DNA of 64,000 nucleotides from a virus, in the IMG/VR virus record IMGVR_UViG_3300050821_003907, positions 96,001-160,000 of that record; one strand, written 5' to 3'. Below, in pieces: positions 25,793 through 33,914 of the stretch. Numbering within the stretch: the stretch's first letter is position 1; each line of letters opens with the position of its first letter. The notes beneath the pieces are model-generated. The model was not told the origin of the DNA. It made no database searches and saw only the letters and a program-made list of their open reading frames with translations. Position numbers and translations under genes: made by a program.

Positions 25793-26862
25793 TAGTATCC
25801 TCCTTCTATGTCAAGGGCGTGCTTAAGTGCTTTTGCAACACATGTAGCGAGCGTCGGCGGCACGGCATTACCGATTAGCCGGTAGGCTGAGCTGGCAGGG
25901 ACCGCGTTCCACGGCAGGTCCACCGGAAAGGTCTGCAACGCAGCAGCTTCCTGCGCGGTAATCCTGCGGTGAACATAACCACTGTCTCCGCGATAAGGAC
26001 GGGCACCATCTACGAGAAAGGGGTGGTACCACTCTACCCACGGAGATACACTACCACCCGAGTTCAAGCTGAGAGAATCAATGAACGGAGTCTTGTTACC
26101 TCCCATTATTGCTGGAAGGGTATAAGCAGGTGCGTCTAGGTTCAGCGGTCGTGCTCCGTTGAATAGCATTCCACTGTACGGACTACTGCGAAGCACAGGA
26201 TTGCGGGCGAATGTAATCTTTGCGTTCGACTTAATGTCGTTGCCCAGCGCTCCGTAAACAGGCATTTCCGATAGGACACTGCGAACTGTGCCGCCCCGCA
26301 TGCGCTGGTCAAACATAGCACACGTAAACGGTATGGAAATGCTGGAATTCTTGGGGAATCCTGCCAGGAACAAGCGCTCGCGGTGCTGGGGCACGCCGTA
26401 TTCTGCGGCATCAACCACTAGCGCGCACAAGTCGTAAGACTCCCGGAGGAAACTTTTCAGGCGCTGAAAAGCTGAAGCATGCCGGGAACTTGTAAGGTCC
26501 TTTACGTTCTCCATGAGGAATGCACGAGGCTTCTTTGCATACACCACTGCTGAAAATGCGAATATCATCTGGCTTCGAGGGTCGTCAGGGTCTTGATTGC
26601 CTGCCCTGCTGAATCCCTGGCACGGCGGCCCACCGATGATTACGTCGGAGTCAGGGATTTCCTCTTCCCAGTTAGCGTGCATGATGTTGCCGGTAGAAAA
26701 ATGAGAATCACGCTGGGACATGTAGTTACGTTGCATGGCAGCATCGTGAATCACCTTGGCGTGAGGGTCGGTATCGTTAGCCCACTGCACATCGAACCCG
26801 GCATTCGTAAAGCCAATGTCAAGTCCGCCTGCTCCAGAGAACAAGCTTGTAACGGTAGTCAT
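25792..26862 (-). CDS. DNA (cytosine-5) methyltransferase
   Basis: Motif I FSGAGG, IV GGPPCQGFS, VI ENV, VIII PQHRERLF, IX RRIT..EAAALQTFP, X IGNAVP. Confidence 0.95.
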   Translation of the reverse strand: MTTVTSLFSGAGGLDIGFTNAGFDVQWANDTDPHAKVIHDAAMQRNYMSQRDSHFSTGNIMHANWEEEIPDSDVIIGGPPCQGFSRAGNQDPDDPRSQMIFAFSAVVYAKKPRAFLMENVKDLTSSRHASAFQRLKSFLRESYDLCALVVDAAEYGVPQHRERLFLAGFPKNSSISIPFTCAMFDQRMRGGTVRSVLSEMPVYGALGNDIKSNAKITFARNPVLRSSPYSGMLFNGARPLNLDAPAYTLPAIMGGNKTPFIDSLSLNSGGSVSPWVEWYHPFLVDGARPYRGDSGYVHRRITAQEAAALQTFPVDLPWNAVPASSAYRLIGNAVPPTLATCVAKALKHALDIEGGY

Positions 26863-27146
26863 CAGGTGTCCACCCCCTTTTCCTTACTGCCCGCCAGGTG
26901 CGACGTATGAAGCCTGCCAAGTATCCACTCTTCACCTTGGCGCATTGCTTTCTTGCGGAATTTCTCGCACCCTATCAGCATTCCAGACTGAGACTGGACA
27001 ATCCAGCCTCGAACAGGCCCACGGCTGACGGCAGCAAGCTTCTCGTATCTTCCCCCGGACTTCCTGAGCATGAGAATCCTTGAGCCGTCAGCCTCATGTT
27101 CCCAGAACATCGAGCTCTCACCGGGGTTTAGCTTAACGCGGCGCAC
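26862..27146 (-). CDS. hypothetical protein
   Basis: Coupled ORF. Confidence 0.5.
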   Translation of the reverse strand: MRRVKLNPGESSMFWEHEADGSRILMLRKSGGRYEKLAAVSRGPVRGWIVQSQSGMLIGCEKFRKKAMRQGEEWILGRLHTSHLAGSKEKGVDT

Positions 27147-27480
27147 TGGCTTGCCAGATGAGCGTTAGTGCTCCGGTAGCACAGCTACGTGAGTACTGGC
27201 CAACGTCTCCGAACCTGCGAAGCGGAGTGCTAGTGTTAGTTTTACAGTCACTGGTGGCCTGCCAGACCACACCTGCGTCATCGCGGTAGATAGCCCCCGG
27301 AATAAGCGTGTCAGGAATGCGCACTACCATCGTGATGTGAGCCGGGTGAACGTAGGATGATGTGTTAGCGACACCTCCCCTGACTTCAAAGCCATTTGCG
27401 TCTGACCGCGTAACGCGACCCCGGATTGTAACCTCTACAAGCTCATCATCACGAGGGTAAATGAATGCGTTGTTAGACAT
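27133..27480 (-). CDS. hypothetical protein
   Basis: AAGGA RBS. Confidence 0.55.
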   Translation of the reverse strand: MSNNAFIYPRDDELVEVTIRGRVTRSDANGFEVRGGVANTSSYVHPAHITMVVRIPDTLIPGAIYRDDAGVVWQATSDCKTNTSTPLRRFGDVGQYSRSCATGALTLIWQASAPR

Positions 27481-27668
27481 CTTTACGAGACTCCTGTCGT
27501 GCTCGCTCGATTACCTTGAGGGACAGTTCCGGGAACAGTTTGTCACCCTTGTGGAACAGTTCCATGTCAAGGTAACGTTCGAATGCTTTAAGCGCATTAC
27601 GGTAGAGGACCGGATTAGCGTCCCCTGCTGACTGGTTCTTGCTCATCCGGTCCTCCACGTATGTGCTG

Positions 27669-28601
27669 CTACTTACTGGGAATTACGATTCCGCTGCTGC
27701 TACCTGGCCAGCAAGAGAACCCGGCAGGCGGGTTAAGCTGACCATCAGAGATGGCGTTCATGCACTGCTGCACTAGCACCAGCGGGTTATTGGCGACAGA
27801 CTGCTCGATGATGTTGTTCGCCTTGGCTTGCGCCTGGGCAGTCTTCTCTGACTGCTGTGCGACATCAGTCTTAGCCGTCTGGGCCAGCACTGTGTTGATG
27901 CGATTCCGGACGGTCTGGTCGTACGTCAGCGGCTCAACGATGAGCGTGTCAATATGCACATCATTGCCGATGCGGGCAGTCAGCGCGCTGGCAACCTCAG
28001 CCGATAGCTGAGCCGTGCTCGGGTTGCCGGGCGTTCCCGGTGCCGCATTGGTGGCGAGCAGCTTAATGGGGTCGTACCCATCATAGACGCTGTTCATCGC
28101 GACGTTCAGTTCCGGCTGAACCAAAGCCGTAGCCACGTTAGCGGTGTTGCCCTTGTACGCACGGAACAGGGTGTCCGTCGCGCTCGGGACTAGCTGCCAG
28201 CGGAGCTTGACGTCTGCCTGAGCAGTCTGCTGCCCGGCAACGCGGACAGTAAGCGTGTAGTTCATGTTCTGGACGCTCTCGTCCATTAGTGACATGTTCT
28301 CCCACGGGGCAATCCAGTGAGGACCAGGGCCGTCGTAGCTAAGTACCTTCCCGAAGGAAGTTGTCACGCCGATATCGTAGGTTCCCACTGCATTGAACGA
28401 GCTGACAGCCAGCATGATGGCCGCCATGACACCAGCGAACGCGCCGATGCCTGTAGCCCAGTAGCCGATGAAGCGCATGTCTTGCGCATCAGTCGGATGC
28501 GTGTTGGGAGAAGCTGCGCCCTTCCGCAAGAGGACGGTTGTGATTACCATCGCAACCAGGAGTGCTGCGAAGAGAATCGCAAGGATGAAAGTGACAGGCA
28601 C
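27669..28601 (-). CDS. SPFH/band-7 (prohibitin-like) membrane protein
   Basis: Two N-terminal TMs; GVTTSFGKV...GPHWIAPW; AQA coiled coil. Confidence 0.85.
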   Translation of the reverse strand: MPVTFILAILFAALLVAMVITTVLLRKGAASPNTHPTDAQDMRFIGYWATGIGAFAGVMAAIMLAVSSFNAVGTYDIGVTTSFGKVLSYDGPGPHWIAPWENMSLMDESVQNMNYTLTVRVAGQQTAQADVKLRWQLVPSATDTLFRAYKGNTANVATALVQPELNVAMNSVYDGYDPIKLLATNAAPGTPGNPSTAQLSAEVASALTARIGNDVHIDTLIVEPLTYDQTVRNRINTVLAQTAKTDVAQQSEKTAQAQAKANNIIEQSVANNPLVLVQQCMNAISDGQLNPPAGFSCWPGSSSGIVIPSK

Positions 28602-28802
28602 TTAAGATTCCTTAGGCCGGGACGGGTTCGCGGGCAGGCTCGGGAGCAGCAGGCTCAGTGACAGGAGTCTCCGCTGGCTCTTCCAGCGGCTCCAGTTCAA
28701 TCTTGCGGAGAGGTCGCCCTATGTCTCCGTTGCGTGGTGTGGGTACCATGTCTACCTCCGTAGTATCGTACGGTGTAACAAGTTGCCAAGGGCACGTATT
28801 CC

Positions 28803-29063
28803 CTAGGCTGGCGCGTGAGGCGGCCCTGGCTGGGAGAAGTCAGCGTAAGGAAGTCGTTCCTCACAGCCGTTTTGTCCCCGCCACATCTGGTAATCGTACT
28901 TGACCTTAGGCAGGTAACCATCTTTGTCACATGCCCTTGCAATCCAGATGACATCACACGTCGGGCAGTGCAGCATGTAGTTAAGCGCCTCGTAGCGCTC
29001 TCCGTTATTGCCGCAAAGCCAGCAGGTAAGGAGGCATTCCCCAGTGCCAGTAGCAGGACCCAC
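28803..29063 (-). CDS. small zinc-ribbon protein
   Basis: AGGAGG RBS before GTG; CWLCG..HCPTCD. Confidence 0.55.
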   Translation of the reverse strand: MGPATGTGECLLTCWLCGNNGERYEALNYMLHCPTCDVIWIARACDKDGYLPKVKYDYQMWRGQNGCEERLPYADFSQPGPPHAPA

Positions 29064-29258
29064 GGGGAACACCTCCTTAGTAGTGGTGAGGCTAGGCACT
29101 CTGGAACCGTCGCACGGGTGGTGCGAAGAATGCGCCAGGCGTGTACTCATCCTCAATGTCCAGCAAGAAGCCCTGCGTTTGTATCCAGTCTTGCAGGGTC
29201 CTGTTGCTAAGACCATCACACGGGAACTCTTCATCGAACGTCGAGTCGTCCATGTCGT

Positions 29259-29591
29259 CTACTTAGGTTCGTAGACAGTGACGGTCTTAGGCTTTGCCTG
29301 TACCTCTTCAAAGGTACCGTCCCAGTCGTAGCCGTAGTGAGAAGCGTAGTAACCTTCCTTGCGGAATAGCTGGTCACCGATGCGAATAACCATCCAGGCT
29401 TCCGACCCCAGGTCAGTGCCGCCGTAGTTCTCTTCACCCTTAAGGCGAACTTCCTTACCCCGCAAGGTGATGGTGTACTGATTACGACTGCCGTAGCTGC
29501 TGTACAGGTCGGAGTTCAGCTCGCCCCAGCCAACATCGTCAAGGATTTCCTGAAGAGCTTCCAGTACTTCCGCGCGTGTGTAGTCAGTCAT
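29259..29591 (-). CDS. conserved phage protein (paralog of 29601-29930)
   Basis: GDQLFRKEGYYASHYG.DWDG..EV.AK.KTVTVYEPK. Confidence 0.7.
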   Translation of the reverse strand: MTDYTRAEVLEALQEILDDVGWGELNSDLYSSYGSRNQYTITLRGKEVRLKGEENYGGTDLGSEAWMVIRIGDQLFRKEGYYASHYGYDWDGTFEEVQAKPKTVTVYEPK

Positions 29592-29600
29592 CAGCTTCTC

Positions 29601-29930
29601 CTAGTCGCTCTTAGGCTCGTAGACGGTGGTGTACTTCTTGGATGCCTTTACCTCAGTAACGTCACCCTCCCATTCAGAGTCTCCATAAGAGTCAGCCCAG
29701 CCCTCCTTCTTGAAGAGCTGATTGCCCACCTCGAAGATTACGAAGTTCTCTTGCGAGTCCTGCTCGTAACCATCATAGGAACTCCCTAGCTTGGTTTCCA
29801 CGATAGTGAAGGTAACAGGCTCATCGTGCAGCCAGATAGCACCGAGGTATCCGACGCCACGCCGTGCCACCTGCTCCCAGTTGATGACTTCAGCGGCGTC
29901 CTTGACTTCAGTCAGGGAATAACTAGTCAT
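29601..29930 (-). CDS. conserved phage protein (paralog of 29259-29591)
   Basis: GNQLFKKEGWADSYG.SEWEG..EVKA.KK.TTVYEPK. Confidence 0.7.
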   Translation of the reverse strand: MTSYSLTEVKDAAEVINWEQVARRGVGYLGAIWLHDEPVTFTIVETKLGSSYDGYEQDSQENFVIFEVGNQLFKKEGWADSYGDSEWEGDVTEVKASKKYTTVYEPKSD

Positions 29931-30705
29931 TGACCTCTCCCGTTAGTTGCAGCTTGTGCTTGTTCTCCAGGTGCCTGCTCACGTAAGCACAGTCTGGCTT
30001 CATCAGCAAGTCCAGGTTCCGCATCAAGAACAGCGCCCATTCCCCTTTAAACAGGCTGGTAGCCGTGCGCCGTAGCGCCCAGTGGTAGGCCGCCCGTGGC
30101 GACCCCCGGTACTGCTGAGGAATCAGGATGCGCTCCAGCGCGGTCGTGTAGATTTCCTCGCGTACCAGCTTAACCTGAGTCTCGAAGTTCATCGACCAGA
30201 ACTTGGTGTTGTCCACGAGTACGTCAGAGCCGTCCTGCAAGATGGCCTCGTACAGCGGGCGCTCGCCGTAGGCGACAGAATCGTGGACTGAGTCATGAAC
30301 GTACTTGCGCACTACAGCGTCCGCAAAGAACTTATCAGAAGACTGGTTAAGGTTTGTTGAGTGTTTCTTGTAGTGGTCTTTCCAGACCGGCAAGACGATG
30401 TCGTACAGCTCACGGATAAACGTGCAGTTCTTACGAGACAGGAAGATGATATCGTAAGCGTGCTTGTCCCAGTCTTGCGGGCCGTTGATTTCCCAGAAGC
30501 CATGAGAAATTTTAAGCGTGTACAGTTCGTCAGGCGTAGCGATGTTACTCCACGGCCATTGTCCCAGGCGCTTATCCCAGAAGCAGTCATTGCGTCGTGC
30601 ATCGAAGTTTACAGGGTAAGGACTTAGCCAGTCCCAGTCTCCGTTAGGCTCTCGGGCATCGGGAAACCAGTGCTTCAGCGCACGTGAACCTGTCAAGGTC
30701 GCCAT
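29923..30705 (-). CDS. conserved large-phage protein, possibly nucleotidyltransferase-like
   Basis: N-terminal GSRAL..DWD (GS..DxD), ELYTLKISH, YVHDSVH. Confidence 0.55.
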   Translation of the reverse strand: MATLTGSRALKHWFPDAREPNGDWDWLSPYPVNFDARRNDCFWDKRLGQWPWSNIATPDELYTLKISHGFWEINGPQDWDKHAYDIIFLSRKNCTFIRELYDIVLPVWKDHYKKHSTNLNQSSDKFFADAVVRKYVHDSVHDSVAYGERPLYEAILQDGSDVLVDNTKFWSMNFETQVKLVREEIYTTALERILIPQQYRGSPRAAYHWALRRTATSLFKGEWALFLMRNLDLLMKPDCAYVSRHLENKHKLQLTGEVND

Positions 30706-31160
30706 CAGGCGAGTCTCCTATTTCTCGGCTACATTAACGATGAAGGTCTGCGTGTTGCGAAGCTTTACCTCAAACTGAAAGACATTTCCTACCTGTCCCA
30801 GGAAGTAAGTAGCCTTAACCACTGTCAATTGCTCAACCGCTGCTGCCATTACAGCGGCCATGTCTCTTTCAGACCACTGAGCCATCTATCCCCCGATTTG
30901 CTCTATGAGATGCTTGATTAGGGTGCGCGCTGACTCTGATGACGCAGTTTGATGGAGTACGAAAGGCTGTTGCGGGCCTACCACAGAAGCGCACACTTCC
31001 CAGACACCACGTGTGACGTTCTCCCTGAAGAACAAGCGGGCAATGTGGTCTACGCCGATGAAACTACCGTCAAGTGCGGGGATGAACTTCATGACCGGGA
31101 CAACGCTGTCCCGGTCATGAGTATTCCCTAGTGTCCTAGCGCGTGAGACGCCGGGCCCCA

Positions 31161-31454
31161 TCATAGCCGGATTTCTTTGCCCCACTTAAGTTCCGCTAGG
31201 CGGAACTGAGATTGGGGCCACTCATTAGGGTGCACACGGTAAGGAACTATAGCTATGTGATTTTCCTGCACAAGGTCATCCACGATGCCCCACGCATTGA
31301 AGTCTTCAGGAAAGAGCATAGGATAAGCCTCTACTGTGTCTTCAGCTAGACCACTCATTGCTCCCTCCTCGTATACAGGGGTGTTCTGAGCAACATAAAT
31401 AACAACGGCACTCCGTCGTGCCAGTTGCAAAGTGTTTTCCCGAATGTCATCCAT
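31161..31454 (-). CDS. hypothetical protein
   Basis: Coupled ORF. Confidence 0.5.
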   Translation of the reverse strand: MDDIRENTLQLARRSAVVIYVAQNTPVYEEGAMSGLAEDTVEAYPMLFPEDFNAWGIVDDLVQENHIAIVPYRVHPNEWPQSQFRLAELKWGKEIRL

Positions 31455-32208
31455 GATTAGCCGCCTCTCGTTTAGCTGCGATTTCTTCTTGCAACATCAG
31501 CACCGTTTCCGTAAACTTGTCTAGGTCATCTACGACAAACCACTCCGAAACGCGCATCTTATGCGGGAAAAGATTGGGTACACCTAGGAGCGCTAGGCTG
31601 CTCTGGATATAGGCTTCTTCGGCCTGAGAAGCACCCCGCATCATGAGTACGCTCTTCGCTCCCGTGAGCCGTTCAGGATAACCGTTGCGTTTAGCTACAT
31701 CTCTAGCCGATGAAGGTGTATCACGCCAACGACCGGTTGAGTAGCCTACTTTAGCTACGCCTTGTTCGGGAAATACAATCACGTATACAACGGCACCTGA
31801 AGAGTCTTCTATGTCGATAGAGGAATCCCACATAGCATTGCCGACACCTGGTTGGCCTCCAGGCTTTCGTCGCCTAGTAACATCCCGGAGGCTTCCACAA
31901 CTACGGATATTTCCGGACTTAAATTCTTTAGCGACTACTGTAAATGCCGATTTTAGGCCATTACATTCCGGGCAATTACAGACAACTTCTACACAATTAC
32001 GGGAAACTTCGCCCCGCGAAGTCATAACTACACCTTTAAAGGTGTCACTAGCAGCCTCTAGGTACCCGTCAGGCTGACGGGTACCTCGGCTAATTACTAT
32101 CCGGTCGCCCTTGGCGTTACTCACACCACGAATAACGCCTGACTGACCGCCTGTATTCCTTAGTGACCTAGGACATGTGTGGCGGGTCCGCCGCCATAAT
32201 TCAACCAA
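31447..32208 (-). CDS. putative GIY-YIG/T5orf172-like homing endonuclease
   Basis: CNCPECNG..SGNIRSCG; VYVIV..VAKVGYS..R..E..SEWF; AT-rich; start uncertain. Confidence 0.65.
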   Translation of the reverse strand: MVELWRRTRHTCPRSLRNTGGQSGVIRGVSNAKGDRIVISRGTRQPDGYLEAASDTFKGVVMTSRGEVSRNCVEVVCNCPECNGLKSAFTVVAKEFKSGNIRSCGSLRDVTRRRKPGGQPGVGNAMWDSSIDIEDSSGAVVYVIVFPEQGVAKVGYSTGRWRDTPSSARDVAKRNGYPERLTGAKSVLMMRGASQAEEAYIQSSLALLGVPNLFPHKMRVSEWFVVDDLDKFTETVLMLQEEIAAKREAANHG

Positions 32209-33047
32209 ATTCCGAAGCCCAGCAGGAACGTGAGCACCGGGATGGCGATGAACAGCACGACCTTCAGGACCTTGCTCTGGTTAGCCACGCGAAGCGCAGC
32301 TTCCTGCTGGTCGGTGTACTTGTCCTCAAGGTAGTCGTAACGGTGCCTGTAGTTCGGCGGGAACCACTTAGGCGGCGGGGACTTGCGGGCAAGTCGCTTC
32401 TCCGCTTGCATGGTCTGGAACGTGCCGAACACCGGAGCCAGAATTTTGTGGGCAGGAATACCAGCGGCGATACCAATGATGGTTAGCTGCCACGAACCCT
32501 TGTTCACCCAGTCAGCAACCCACGGGTTACCGCTCTTGGTGCCCCAGTGCTCAGCGAACGCAAGCCCATGAGACAGCAGGACAATCATGACGGCAGCGAC
32601 AGCAGCCGAAGCCAGGAACGCAAGGACAAGGTGTCCCAGCATCTGATGCCACTTAAGCTTCTTAACGTACTTGAAGCCCACCATGATGCCCAGCACGAGC
32701 AAAGTACCCAGGAAACCGATAAGCACATGTCGTGCGTCGTGCCGAGCAGTAACCCACCACAACGGAGCCGACTGGCTGTGCAGCCCGAACGCCTGGTGTG
32801 CATGACCCAGGTACTTGTTGTGCAGGAGGTTCTGAACGTGAACAGGGAGACGGTCCCACGTGTCCTTCAGGCCGATGAAGGTAGTAGTAGTGTTACCATA
32901 CTTAGTCTGGTACGCGACCTGCGTGACCAGGAAGTAGATGGCCGAGCCAATAGGCACAGCCACCTGCGACAGCAAGGCTCCCCACATCAGCAGCAAGCCA
33001 CGGTCAGTGACCCTGAGCTTGTGCTTCTTCAGCAGTGCATCAGACAT
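32160..33047 (-). CDS. multi-pass membrane protein
   Basis: About five hydrophobic helices; AAGGAG RBS. Confidence 0.7.
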   Translation of the reverse strand: MSDALLKKHKLRVTDRGLLLMWGALLSQVAVPIGSAIYFLVTQVAYQTKYGNTTTTFIGLKDTWDRLPVHVQNLLHNKYLGHAHQAFGLHSQSAPLWWVTARHDARHVLIGFLGTLLVLGIMVGFKYVKKLKWHQMLGHLVLAFLASAAVAAVMIVLLSHGLAFAEHWGTKSGNPWVADWVNKGSWQLTIIGIAAGIPAHKILAPVFGTFQTMQAEKRLARKSPPPKWFPPNYRHRYDYLEDKYTDQQEAALRVANQSKVLKVVLFIAIPVLTFLLGFGIWLNYGGGPATHVLGH

Positions 33048-33202
33048 GCTAACTCCTTACCAGATAATGTAACTACGTGAACCGAACCGAAAACACAGGC
33101 CGTAATTGTCTACGGAAAAAGAGATGCCGAATGCGTAATGGTTAAGCACCGACAACTGCAATCGTTTGCGCCTAGCCCGCAGGTCACTGGCCAGTACTTT
33201 CA

Positions 33203-33631
33203 TTACCCCCTCACAATCTTGCTACCAGTAAGCGCAGCGAACCCTAGCACGTCAGCAGGACTGACGCTAGCCGTAGAACAGGTCCAGCCGTCTAGCCGGA
33301 TGCCGCCTTGCGCGTCAAGAGTGAATCCCTTGCCGGGGTAGCAGGTCCACTTAGTGCCGTCCAGGTCAGCCACGATATAAGGAGTACCCTGCGCATCAAC
33401 CTTGATGACAGGACTCAGCCCGTCCGTGCGGAACACGGACATCAGGACACCGGGCTTTACTGGCTTAGGCTGGGGGTGAACCTTCGGGTGCTGCTGGGTT
33501 GTCGTCTTCGTGGCCGTAGGGGTCGTCGTCGGAGAAGGAATCGAGTGATGCCAGCCAGGAACGGAACAACCGGCCAAACACGCTATAGCTCCAATCGGGA
33601 TGAGAGGATAGATGAGGTTACGCAGCTTCAT
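33203..33631 (-). CDS. lipoprotein
   Basis: Lipobox LAGC; Pro/Thr linker; GGAG RBS. Confidence 0.7.
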   Translation of the reverse strand: MKLRNLIYPLIPIGAIACLAGCSVPGWHHSIPSPTTTPTATKTTTQQHPKVHPQPKPVKPGVLMSVFRTDGLSPVIKVDAQGTPYIVADLDGTKWTCYPGKGFTLDAQGGIRLDGWTCSTASVSPADVLGFAALTGSKIVRG

Positions 33632-33903
33632 TAAGACTCCTTCCAGGTGTAGTGTCCTTGCCTGTCGCACTTCCTGCACCTAACGAGTCCATACTTCAAC
33701 CCGCTGAGGCAGTAGTCACATACGAACATGAACTTCACGTGACCGCACTCGCACTTGAACATCACCCGGCAGGAAGCAAATTCTCGGCAGTCAAGGTAAG
33801 CACGTTCATCGTCGTACATGATGGTTCGTTGCATTTGACATGGTGGTGCGCTGTCGAGGGACGGAAGCTCAAGCCTCTCAACTTCAGCTATGCTTACGCT
33901 CAC
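33631..33903 (-). CDS. Cys-rich zinc-binding protein
   Basis: GGGGAGG RBS; LD..PPC..C..CECG..CDYC..CRKC. Confidence 0.6.
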   Translation of the reverse strand: MSVSIAEVERLELPSLDSAPPCQMQRTIMYDDERAYLDCREFASCRVMFKCECGHVKFMFVCDYCLSGLKYGLVRCRKCDRQGHYTWKES

Positions 33904-33914
33904 GTATCCTCCCC

